Positions 52,807-64,000 of a DNA stretch of 64,000 nt are shown here, in pieces (position 1 is the first letter of the stretch; each line of letters opens with the position of its first letter). The notes under the pieces are model-generated. The model saw only the letters and a program-made list of their open reading frames with translations, was not told the DNA's origin and made no database searches. Both the position numbers and the translations under genes were made by a program. This DNA is from Mobula hypostoma (taxonomy: Eukaryota): NCBI RefSeq assembly GCF_963921235.1, contig NC_086097.1:253582001-253646000 (forward strand). The letters run 5' to 3'.

Positions 52807-53303
52807 TGTTGGAATCTGATGTTTTTGATCCAAAGTTCTTTCAGAAGTCAGGAGAGAGACACAAATCTTGTTGCTGGACAGTCATTTTATTCAGTGCTAA
52901 TAGAACAAAAGAGAATTAGAAACATTGATCTGCGAAAGGACAAAGAACAGGGGAAAGGACTAAAGATGGTGGACCAAGGTGGTCTGTCCTTCTTATATCC
53001 CATAGATAAAAACATTGTATTCAAATTTGTAGATAAGAGTTAACCAATCAAGCAGCCTCTATTCTAATTAAGTGATACCAGAGAACTTTCCCAGAATCAT
53101 ACAGAATTGTAACCACTGAACAATTACGTTTACATACTGTGACCCACTAGGAAACATACTGAACAGTTACATGTATATAGGTAGTTGTATAAATTGCGGT
53201 GCATTCTACTGAAATCAAGCATTATCGTGTTACTTACACCCAGCTTTCAAGATAGCTTTCCATTTCCTACACAAAAGCTAGCAAGCTGACAGATCAGCCA
53301 ACT
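52807..53303 (-). mobile_element. Possible solo LTR
   Basis: TGTTGG...CCAACT ends; on the minus strand a CCAAT box (53044), ATATAA (52993-98) and AATAAA (52886-91) occur in LTR order; no clean 4-6 bp TSD. Confidence 0.35.
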
Positions 53304-54344
53304 GTTAGGGGTGCTGTTGGGAACAGGATTAGAACATAGAAACCCAGAACATTCAACACAGAACGCTCTAGGCTCTTCGACCCAGGATGTTGTGCCGACC
53401 TTTTAACCTACTCAAAGATCAACCTAACCCTTCCCTCCCACATAACCCGCCATTTCTCCATCATCCATGTACCTATTTGAGAGTTTTTTAAACGTCCCGA
53501 ACTTATCTGCCTGTGTATGACTTTTTAAAAATCATGATGTGCTTGAGGAAACAGATGAGAAAGTGAGCAGATTAGAAATCAGACAAGTACAGAAACGGAT
53601 TACCCGGTATCTTTGCACTTAACTTCCCCCCACCTACCAAAATGCGTTCATTGTAAAAGATAACGAGGAAGATTAAATATTAGATTACAAACAAGAGAAA
53701 ATCTGCAGGTGCTGGAAATCGAAGCAACGCATACAATGCTGGAGGAACTCAGCAGGCCAGGCAGCATCTACGGAAAAGAGGCCAGTCTCGGCCTGAAACG
53801 TCGACAGTACTCTTTTCCATAGGTGCTGCCTGGTCTGCTGAGTTCCTCCAGCATTTTGTTTGTGCTGCTAAAGATTAGATTTATTTGTCACAGTGAAATG
53901 CGTCACTTGTGTCAACAACGACACAATCAGAGGATGAACTGGGGGCAGCCATACTTTCAGTGCCAATGTAGCATGTCCACAAAAGACTAACTTCTCAAAT
54001 TAATATAATTTTCTTGTTAAACCACCTTTCTCTACATGTTTGAGATCTGGTTTAGCATCACACTAAGTAGACTGAAGATAAGTAACGCGAAGCAATTGCT
54101 GTGCATAACTACCCTTACATCAGATAAGATTCTGTCTCCAGACTTCACTAAGATTAAATGATACTGCACATCCAACCACACTGTGTCATAAAACCACCAC
54201 CTCCATCTGCTGAGCTGAAGATATTACTCGGGGTAATTGGCAGCTGGGTAAGCTGTTAAAAAGGACATGCAGGCTGTCTTGCTTCATTTTAACAAAAAGG
54301 AACTACCTGTATCTTTATTTGAACATGCTGTGCAAGAGTGGGCG

Positions 54345-56272
54345 ATTCAGTTATATAAAGAGTAAAAGGGAGGTGAGAGTTGATATTCGACCATTGGAAA
54401 GTGATGCTGATGAGGTACCAATGGGGCACAAAGAAATGGCAGATGATCTTAATGAGTACTTTGCATCAATCTTCACTGTGGAAGACACTAACAGTGTGCC
54501 AGACGTCTGTGAGTGTCAGGGAGCAGGAGTGAGTGTCATTGCTATTACAAAGGGAAAAATACGAGGCAAACTCAAAGGTCTTAAGGTGCATAAGTCACCT
54601 GGGCCAGATGGACTACATCCCAGAGTCCTGAGAGAGGTTGTTGAAGAGATAGCGGATGCATTGGTCATGATCTTTCAAGAATCACTTCATTCTGGCATGG
54701 TCCTGGAGGGCTGGAAGATTGCAAATGTCACTCCACTATTTAAGAAGGGAAGAAGGCAAAGGAAAGGAAATTATAGGCCAGTTAGCCTAAACTCAGTGGT
54801 TGGGAAAGTGTTGGAGTCTGTTACTAAGGATGAGTTTTCAAAGTACTTGGAGACTAATGATAAAATAAGTCAAAGTCAGCATGGTTTCTATAAAGGGAAA
54901 TCTTGCCTGACAAATCTGTTAGAGTTCTTCGAGGAAGTAACAAGCAGGGTGGACAAAGGAGAGACAGTGGATGTCATTTACTTGGATTTTCAGAAGGCTT
55001 TTGATAAGATGCCGCACATGCGGCTGCTTAGCAAGATAAAATCCGATGGCGTTCCAGGAAAGGCACAGGCATGGATAGAGGAATAGCTGACAGGCAGGAG
55101 GCAGTGAATGGGAATAGAAGTAGCCTTTTCTGGTTAGCAGCCAGTGATTAGTGGTGTTCCTCAGGGGTCAGTATTGGAACCACTACTTGTCACATTGTTT
55201 GTCAACGATTTGGACAATGAATTGATGGCTTTGTGGCAAAGTTTGTGAATGATACAAAGATAGGTGGAGGGGTAGGTAGTGCTGAGGAAGCAATGTGTTT
55301 GCAGCAGGACTTAGTCAGATTGGAAGAATGGGCAAAAAAGTGGCAGATGGAATTCAGTATTGGGAAATGTATGATAATGGATTTTAGTAAAAGGAGCAAT
55401 AGTACAGATAATTATCTAAATGAGGAGAAGGTTCAAACATCAGAGGTGCAGAGGGACTTAGGAATCCTCGTCCAAGACTCCCAGAAGGTTAATTTACAGG
55501 TTGAGTCAGTGGTAAAGAAGACAGATGCAATGATGGCATTAATTTCAAGGGGAATAGAATATAAAAGCAAGGAGATAATGCTGAGGCTTTATAAGACACT
55601 AGTCAGGCAGCACATGGAGTATTGTCAACAGTTTTGTGTGCATTATCTCAGAAAGGATGTGTTGTCATTAGAGAGAGTGCAGAGGAGGTTCACAAGGATG
55701 ATTCCAGGAATGAAGGGGTTAACACATAAGGTAGTTTGGTAGCTTTGGGCCTGTACTCACTGGAATTTAGAAGAGTGCGGGGGGGGGGGGTTGGATCTCA
55801 ATGAAACCTGCTGAATGTTGAAAGGTAGACATGGAGAAGATGTTTCCTCATGGGGAGGTCGGGATCAGCCATCATAGAACGTCAGAGCAGACTCTGGGCT
55901 GAATGGCCTCATTCTGCTCCTGTGTCTTATGGTCTAAAGGCCTGGATGGAGTGGATGTGGAGGGGATGTTTCCCATAGTGAGGGGAGTTTCGGGCCAGAG
56001 GGCACAGCCTCAAAATAGAGGGATGTCCCTTTAGAATGGAGATGAGGAGGAATTTCTTTAGCTGGGGATAGTGAATTCATTGCCACAGATGACTGTGGAG
56101 GCCAAGTCACTGAATATATTTAAAGCGGAGCATGAAGGTTCTTGACTAGCCAGGGTGTCAAAGGTTACAGGGAGAAGGCAGGAGCTTGGGGTTGAGAGGA
56201 TAGAATAGTCTAATGGTGGAGCAGACTCAATGGGCCAAATGGCCTCATTCTGCTCTGTGTTTTATGGTTTTA
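54345..56272 (+). mobile_element. CR1 ORF2 (RT) fragment, decayed
   Basis: ORFs 54319-55086 'KSPGPDGLHPRVL..NYRPVSL..YLDFQKAFDK' and 55233-55742. Confidence 0.9.
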
Positions 56273-58024
56273 TCAAAGAGTTGGAAAGCAGAGCAGAGCA
56301 TCTCTGTTCTATCACAGGGGATGGCCCTTGTGCCAGAGAATCATCTCTCTCCCTACCACCCTCCCTGTTTTAACGCAAAGGGTCCTTGAATCTTCTGAGA
56401 CAGGAAACGTCTGTTGAGAAAGCAGATTGATTGAAACTTTGTACTCCCCTCTGAATCCGAGCATCACTCAGACGTGCCCCTCCTGTCCTGCCGCTAATCC
56501 TCGCACGGTCGCCTATCAAACTCAAGCTCAAGTTCAGTTGGCATTCAACCATACATGAATATCCACGAATACAGCCAGGTAAAACAGTGTTCCTCCAGGG
56601 TCAAGGTACAAAAGGCAGAACCAACAGTCATACACAGCACAAGGCACATATACGATAGCAGTAAACGTACAGTCACACAAAAAATATAATGTAGCCCAAG
56701 TCCCTCAGTGGTATGTTCTGTAGATCGATGGTGCATGGGTGTTGTCGGCAAGAACAGACACACAGCAGTTTGATCATCACATGTTAGTGCAGCCGCAGGC
56801 GAACACGATTGGGCTTCTTTTCCATCATGTGAACCCTGCAGGGCAGCAGCATTGACAGGAGGGGCTAGTCCCCAGCACAGTGTGGACATCGTGCCACACT
56901 GCCTTCGGCATGTTCTCCTCTGGGCGGCAGCAACTAGCGACCCCGTGTCACGAGGGCCTAGACCCAGGTGACTCAGCTCCCCCACCATCAGTCTCACCAC
57001 TGAGCTGGTGAATTAGACTCATAGCATTCTACATTACCAATGTCCAACAGGGTCTCGTGATCACAAGGAAAACGTCCAAGACAATCACTCTGTGCACGGA
57101 CCCTGATGCCTTCCTGTAACAGTGAGTGAACGGCTGATGTTCGGAGGTGCTGACCCTGGTCTATCTAGCTGAGTTCCTCCAGAGGAACATTGGTGAGCGT
57201 TCTGTGATTTAGTGCCCCCAAAACAAGCACGTGGAACCCTTTGGGCCAGATGTTGGTAGTGCCCAGTAGGCAGGTAAATGAGGTCTGAGTTGGACATCAG
57301 ATCCACGAAACTTGCAGAAAGTCAAATGATTTGACAGGTTGAAGAAATCTATTGTCTTTAGTGCTGGGTATTCAGAAATCGCAAGACCATTCGGGCATTT
57401 TGCCTGGCCATGTCCACAAATTTGGAAAGTGTCATCACTGCTTGAAATGGCCATTAAATATAAAAGATATTTTTATCGAGCGTGGAACAGGGTCACTGAG
57501 CTGCACCACCCAGCAACCCCCAACTTAACACTCACCTGATCAATGACCAATTATCCTACTAACCAATACTTCTATTAACCTCGGGAGGGAGCTGGAGAAC
57601 TTGGAGGAAAACGATGTGATTATGGGGAGAACGTACAAACCCCTTACACTCAGCGCCAGAATTGAACTCCTAACTCTGGAACGCTCTGAGCTGCAATAGT
57701 CTACACTAACTGCTAGATTACTGTGGCAACCATGTGATTCTGCAATTTATAAACAATGTACACACTCTTGGGTGTCAGATGCCATCTAATTCTGGGCATC
57801 ATGTGTAAGGCAGTGCCCAGGACACATCCCCAGGGGTGTGGCACATCAGTTGTGGACACTACACCAGAGTATGTGGAGCTTCTGCAGTGGCCTGAGGACC
57901 CACCAATGGACAACCCCTCAAGAGAATGTCATATTTGACTTTGAATGATGGCATTACTACCATACTGTCTAACATAAACACGCAGCTCGCGCTTTATGTC
58001 AACCTGTCAAACTCAGGCCTTGTC

Positions 58025-58233
58025 ACTCAGGGACTTGAGAACAAGCAGCAGCTGTGAACGGAGAGACTGAGCAACCAAAAGACCCAAACACTCACCACAG
58101 ACACCACTTACCCGTGCCCACACTGCAGCAGAATATGTGGATCCTGGATCGGTCTCTACAAACACCTGAGGACCCACCAGTAGACAACGCCTTAGGAGAT
58201 CATCATACTCAACTCGAGTGATCGTACTGCTAC
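58025..58233 (+). mobile_element. RTE-clade LINE 3' end
   Basis: Translates 'TYPCPHCSRICGSWIGLYKHLRTHQ*' (C-terminal CCHH motif) with a short 3' UTR and tactgctactgc tail. Confidence 0.7.
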
Positions 58234-61200
58234 TGCAGAGTGGAGAAAATGGAAACAGAGATGCAGGCAAATATTTCCATTTAGTACAGTGTAGTTCCAT
58301 TGAGTTCCTCCAACAGTCTCTGTTTGGCCCTAGATTCCGGCATCTGTAATCTCTCATGTGTCGATTCCATAAGACCATAAGGTTTAGGAGCAAAATTAGG
58401 CCATTTGGCCCATTGAGTCTGCTCCACCAGTTCATCATGGCTGATCCAATTTTCCTCTCAGCCCCAACCTCCTGCCTTCTCCCCATATCCCTTCATGCCC
58501 TGACCAATCAAGAACCTATCAACCTCTGCCATAAATATATATAAAGACCTGGCCTTCACAGCTGCCTGTGGCAAAGGATTCCACAGATTCACCACACTGG
58601 TTTAAGAAATTCCTCCTCATCTCCATTCAAAGCACATATAAGACAGCGGTAAGTGTACAGTCACATAAAAATATATATAGTCCAAGTTGCTGACACATGT
58701 CCTGTTAACCAATGGTGCATGTGTGTTATTAGCAAGAACAAGAGGTTAGAAACATAGAAAACCTACAGCACAATACAGGCCCTTCGGCACACAATTCTGT
58801 GCCGAACACGTATTTACTTTAGAAATTACCTAGGGTTGCCCATAGCCCTCTATTTTTCCAAGCGATCCGCAGACATACACACACGCACGTATGCAATCCA
58901 GCTTGTCGATCCACTGGTAGAAGTTCGAAGTTAAACACTGGAGGGTAGCAGTGATGGGAGGAGCAGGCCGCAATTCAACATGGACACCACGTTACATTGC
59001 CTTCGGCATCTCCTCTCCTGGACTGCAGCGACAGGCTAGGCCGCGACTTGAGGCCCAGTCCTTGCTACAACCAAGGCCATGCAGCTGCCCTACCGTCAGT
59101 CTAACCAATCAACAAGGGAGGCCGATGTGGAGCATTTTGCATCATCAAAGTTGATTGCAAGAGAATCAATAGTTTCTCAAATAATGCACTGCCTGAAAGG
59201 TATTATTATGATACTACCCAGAGTATTCTACATTATCTATCGGATCTGAAGAACTCTATAACTCTTTTTCTATATGATTTATCTACCTTTTTTTACATTT
59301 GTTTTTTATATTTGTACAGTTGTCTTTTACACATTGGTTGGTTGTCAGTGTGTGTGCATTTTTTGCATTGATGGTATTGTATTTCTTCCACTGTGAATGC
59401 TTCCAAGGAAATGAATCTTAGGGTGGAATATGGTGTCATATGTGTACTTTGATAATAAATTTACTGTGAACTTAGATGTAGTAACAATTTAATAAAAGTT
59501 TCTATGCAAGTTGATAGGTCGGTCAAGAAGGTGTATGCTGTGTTGGCCTTCATTAGTCGGGGGATTGAGTTCAGGAGCGGTGAGGTAACGTTGCAGCTCA
59601 GTAAAACCCTGGTTACACCACACTTGTTCAGTTCTGCTTGCTTCACGATAGAAAGGATTTAGAGAGGATGCAAAGTGGATTTACCAGGATGCTGCCTGGA
59701 TTAGAGAGCATGTCTTATGAGGATTGGATGAGTGAGCTAGGGCTTTTCTCTTCGGAGTGAAGGAGGATGAGAGGTGACTTGATAGAGGTGTACAAGATGA
59801 TAAGAGGCATCGATCGAGTTTGTTTTTATTGTCATTACACCATACACATGTATACCGCCAAACGAAACAGCGTTCCTCCAGACCAGGGTGCACAACACAG
59901 CACATATAACTCACACACAACATATAAAGTATTATTACCAAAAATAAATTAACAATTAATAAGGTGTATTTATGACGCAACTCAAAAAGTAAACTGTATA
60001 ATGCTACTGACATTTCACAAGTGATGAGACCTAAGTGGTGTAATATAGATGTTCATTTTTTTTAGCAAATTATTATAAATAGTAGAATAACTTCAAGGTT
60101 ATCTCAGTCTCCAGATTTTTTCTAAGGGCTGTCTAACTCTGAACCAAGTCAATAGTCTGCAACCAACGGACCTGATTGGAGTGAGGGACTTGTCTGTGTG
60201 AGTGGTCGGGGAGGGGTGTGAGGGTGGGGAGTAGGCTTGCATTGCTATTGATCTGATACTGTTGCCTGTGTTGTTCTGCTGAGCAATGTGGGCACGCTAC
60301 GTTGGTGCCAGAATGTGTGGTGACACTTACGGGCAGCCTCCATCACACCCCAAGCACGTGCTGGTTGTTAACACAAATGATACATTTAACTGAATGTTTT
60401 AATGTACATGTGATAAATAAATCTGAATTTGAGTCTGATGCAGGAATAATTTCTGAAAAGAAATTGCCCCTATGCTTTAAATTACATTTCTGTAGGGCTA
60501 TGGGTTGGATACGGAGCCATCTCCTCTGAAGCTCCTCTTAAACATGAAAGACCACATCAGAGTTCTTAGTAAATATAATATCAAAGTACATATATGACCC
60601 TGAGATATACTTCCTTGCAGGCATTCACAGTAGAACATAAAGAAATACAATAGAATTAATGAAAAGCTCTACAGAAAGACTGACAAAGTTTACAGTTCAA
60701 AGTGAAAATTCATTTTCAAAGTACATATATGTCACCATATGCAACCTGAGATTCGTTACTTGTGGGCAGACACAATAAATCCATAACAGAATAATAACCA
60801 TAATAGAATCAATGAGACCACACCAACTTGGGTGTTCAATCAGTGTGCAAAAGACAACAAACCGCAAATACAAAACAAAAGAAATATCAAGAGGATAAGA
60901 TGAAGGAGTCCTTGAAAGTGAGTCCATAGTTTGTGGGAATGGTTCAATGATGGGGCAAGTGAAGCTGAGGGGTAATAACTGTTCCTGAAGCTGGTGGTGT
61001 GGGTCCTGAGGCTCCTGTACCTCCTTCCTAACGGTGAGGATCCCTGGTGATGAAAACTGCTTTCCTGCGACAGCGTTTCATGTAACTGTGCTCAGTGGAG
61101 CGAGGGATTTGCCAGTGATGGACTGGGCTATACTCACTACTTTTTGTGAAAGGATTTTCTGTTTAAGGCATCGGTGTTTCCATATTAGACTGTTTTGTAG

Positions 61201-62879
61201 CCAGTGAATACACTCAAGACAAACAACCAATGTGCAAAAGAAGACAATTAATAATAATAGCAATACATAGATAAGCTGAGAAGATGAGTTATAGAATCCT
61301 ATGATAACAGCTATACTCTAACTGAAAGTACCGGTGGAGTTTTCTTAACTGATGCTAACTTCATTGTAGGGTGGTGACCTTTATATTTTATAAACTGAAT
61401 TTTTCCTTAGTAAGCTTCATCTTTGTTTCGTGTTACTTTATCCATAAGACTATAAGACCAAGGAGTAAAAATGGGCCATTCGGCCCACTGAATTTGCACC
61501 TCCATTCCATCATGACTGATTTATTATCCCTTTCAACCCCATTCTGCCTTCTCTCTGCAACCTTTGACACTCTGACTAATCAAGAGCCTATCAGCCTCCC
61601 CTTTAAGTATACCCAATGACTTGACTTCTACAGCCATCTGTGCTCATGAATTCCATAGATTCACCACCCTCTGGCTGAAGGAACCCCTCCTCATGTCTGA
61701 TCTAAATGAACGTCCTTGTATTTTGAGGCTGTGTCCTCGAGTCCTAGACTCACCCACTACAGGAAACATGCTCTCCATTTCCATCACATGCTCCTATGAA
61801 TAAATGACCATGGGATGACGATTTTCCCAAATGCACAAATGGATTTCACTTGGACTCTCTCATGAACTGGCATTATGATGTAAGGACTTTGAGAACATTA
61901 TGTCAATAAATAGTGTTGATACTTTTTCCGAGAGATAGGTAGTCCCTGCACCTAAGTTCCAAAGATGTGGATACCTCCCTCCCACCTCCTCTCTGCTTCC
62001 CTGAAAATCTCTTCCCCAGAGATTTTTCAAAGTCAACTGAAATATTGTGAAGAGTTAATTTTGATTTTGTTAACTTTCATATCTACCCTCATTATCACTT
62101 GATAGCTGTGCCTTTGTTTTTTTTTGACTTTTTTTTAATATGTTGAGGTTTCTTGAGGAAATAGATGGTAAAGTGAGCAGTTTGGAACTCATACGAGTAC
62201 AGAAACTGATTGCCCTGTATCTTTGCATTTAACTTACAGGAATGCGTTCATTTTAAAAGATAAAGAGGAAGATTAAAGATCAGCTTTACTTGTCACATTA
62301 CATTGAAGCGTCGACACAGACAGTGAAATGTGTCGTTTGCGTGAACAACAACATTGTCTGAGGACGTTTTGTGGGTAGTCCTCACTGATTTGTTGTGACA
62401 CAAAGGACACATTTTACTCTATACATGTGAATGGAGGACCTATCAAGGAGACTTCTTTCTCTTAGCTGGTACAGGGCCTCTGTTGGTCTCGTGTTTCTGG
62501 AACTTGACTCATGTCAACTTGAGTTGTCCATTGCATTTCTTGTGTCTTGTTGACTGTGGAAAGACTTTGATGGGTCAGAAGCAGACTCATTTTATAGATT
62601 AAAAGATCTTACAGATTACCTTTATTGATCACATGTACACCGAATCGTACATGAAATGACTGTTTAGGTCAATAACTAACCCATTCTGAGGATATGCTGG
62701 AGCCAGCCCGCAAGTGTTGACCGAAGAAACCCATGTGGTCTTGGGGAGGGTGTACAAGCTCTTTACAGACAACTGCAGCAATTGAACTCCGATCGCTGGA
62801 CACTACCGTGCTGCCCAAAAGGACAAGATTCTCAACCTCGCAACACCTTACTTTACCATCGTGCAGGGCAGATGGACAT

Positions 62880-63396
62880 GCACTATGTACGACTGTACAC
62901 CTGGCTGTTTATGCAAATATCTAATCTGCCAATCCCGTGGTAGCAACTCGGGTAAAAACATGCAGATGTGAGCAAGAGGTTCAGTTGGCTTTGACTGTGG
63001 AATGATTGCTGGTGCCAGATGGGGTGGTTTGAGTATCTCAGAAACTGCTGATCTCCTGGGATTTTCACACACAACGATCTATATAGAGTTTACAGAGAAT
63101 GGTGCAAAGAAAACAAAGAACATCCAGTGAGCAGCAGTTCTGTGGGGGAAATCACCTTGTTAATGAGAGAGGTCAGAGGAGAATGGCCAGACTGGTTCAA
63201 GCTGACAGGAAGGTAACAGTAACTCAAATAACCACACGTTACAACGGTGGTGTGCAGAAGAGCATCTCTGAGCACAGAACATATCAAACGATGAAGTGCA
63301 TGGGCTACAGCAGCAGAAGACCACAGACATAAAGAAATACACGTAGTGGCCACTTTATTAAGTAGAGGATGTACCAAATAAAGTGGCCACTGAGTA
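62880..63396 (+). mobile_element. Non-autonomous Tc1-like element
   Basis: ORF 63099-63332 'LVNERGQRRMARLVQADRKVTVTQITTRYN'; right TIR aataaagtggccactgagta|TA. Confidence 0.8.
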
Positions 63397-63689
63397 TATA
63401 TCATTGTCATTTCTGGTCGTGCTCTGACTGACAAATCTCCCCATGTTTATCACTTGTGTGAGAGTAGGAGTATTTGTTCCTTTTGATTGATAGAAACTTT
63501 AACACGGGAGATTCTGCAGATGCTGGAAATCCTGAGCAACACACACAAACTGCTGGAGGAGCTCATCAGGTCCGGCAGCATCTATGGAGGGGGAATAAAC
63601 TGTCGACATTTTGTGCTGGGGTTTTTGTAGTTGTAGTCACTTTCCAAAGCTTACCCCACATAAGCAACCAGATGAAGGAGAGATTTGGT

Positions 63690-64000
63690 TGTGTAAATGC
63701 AGCCTGGTATGGGAACAGCAATGCCTTTGCACAGAAAATCCTACAAAGAGTAGTGAATATGGCCCAGGCCATCACGGGTAAAGCCCTCCTCAATATTGAG
63801 CACATTTACACAGAGCACTGTCACAGGAAAGCAGCATCCGTCATCAAGGACCTCTTCATCCAGGCCATGCTCTCTTCTCGCTGCTGCCATCGGGAAGGAG
63901 GTACAGGAACCTCAGGTCCCACACCACCAGGTTCAGGAACAGTTATTACACCTCCACCAGCAGGTCCCACACCACCAGGTTCAGGAACAGTTATTACCCC
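63690..64000 (+). mobile_element. Rex1/Babar-type LINE fragment with a 48-bp tandem duplication
   Basis: 'IIKD..HPGHALFSLLPSGRRYRNL..TTRFRNSY'-like remnant; caggtcccacaccaccaggttcaggaacagttattac at 63913 and 63961. Confidence 0.75.

Noticed and set aside
54030..54240. Possible Thr-rich syndecan exon 3
   Set aside because: Each candidate acceptor I tried hits an early stop in the required phase

Overview
Vertebrate genomic DNA, very repeat-dense. The mix of CR1, Rex1/Babar, Penelope-like, RTE, tRNA-SINE, Tc1/mariner and hAT elements suggests a cartilaginous fish (inference from recognition, not a database hit). The only host coding sequence I can support is one 139-nt plus-strand exon (50565-50703) resembling exon 2 of a syndecan (most like SDC2), so the window is probably mostly introns 1 and 2 of that gene. 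The rest is decayed or nested transposon sequence, a 5.1-kb minisatellite (42154-47247) that explains the longest spurious ORFs, and several short tandem arrays. The most notable non-coding signals are: (1) minimal hammerhead ribozyme motifs in about a dozen Penelope-derived termini, one with a fully intact core at 11588-11623; (2) an ORF-less, highly structured RTE 5'-UTR-like module at 12241-12380; (3) DNA-transposon derivatives with extra internal TIR copies. I found no clearly new multi-gene system. Most TE boundaries are approximate (tens of bp).
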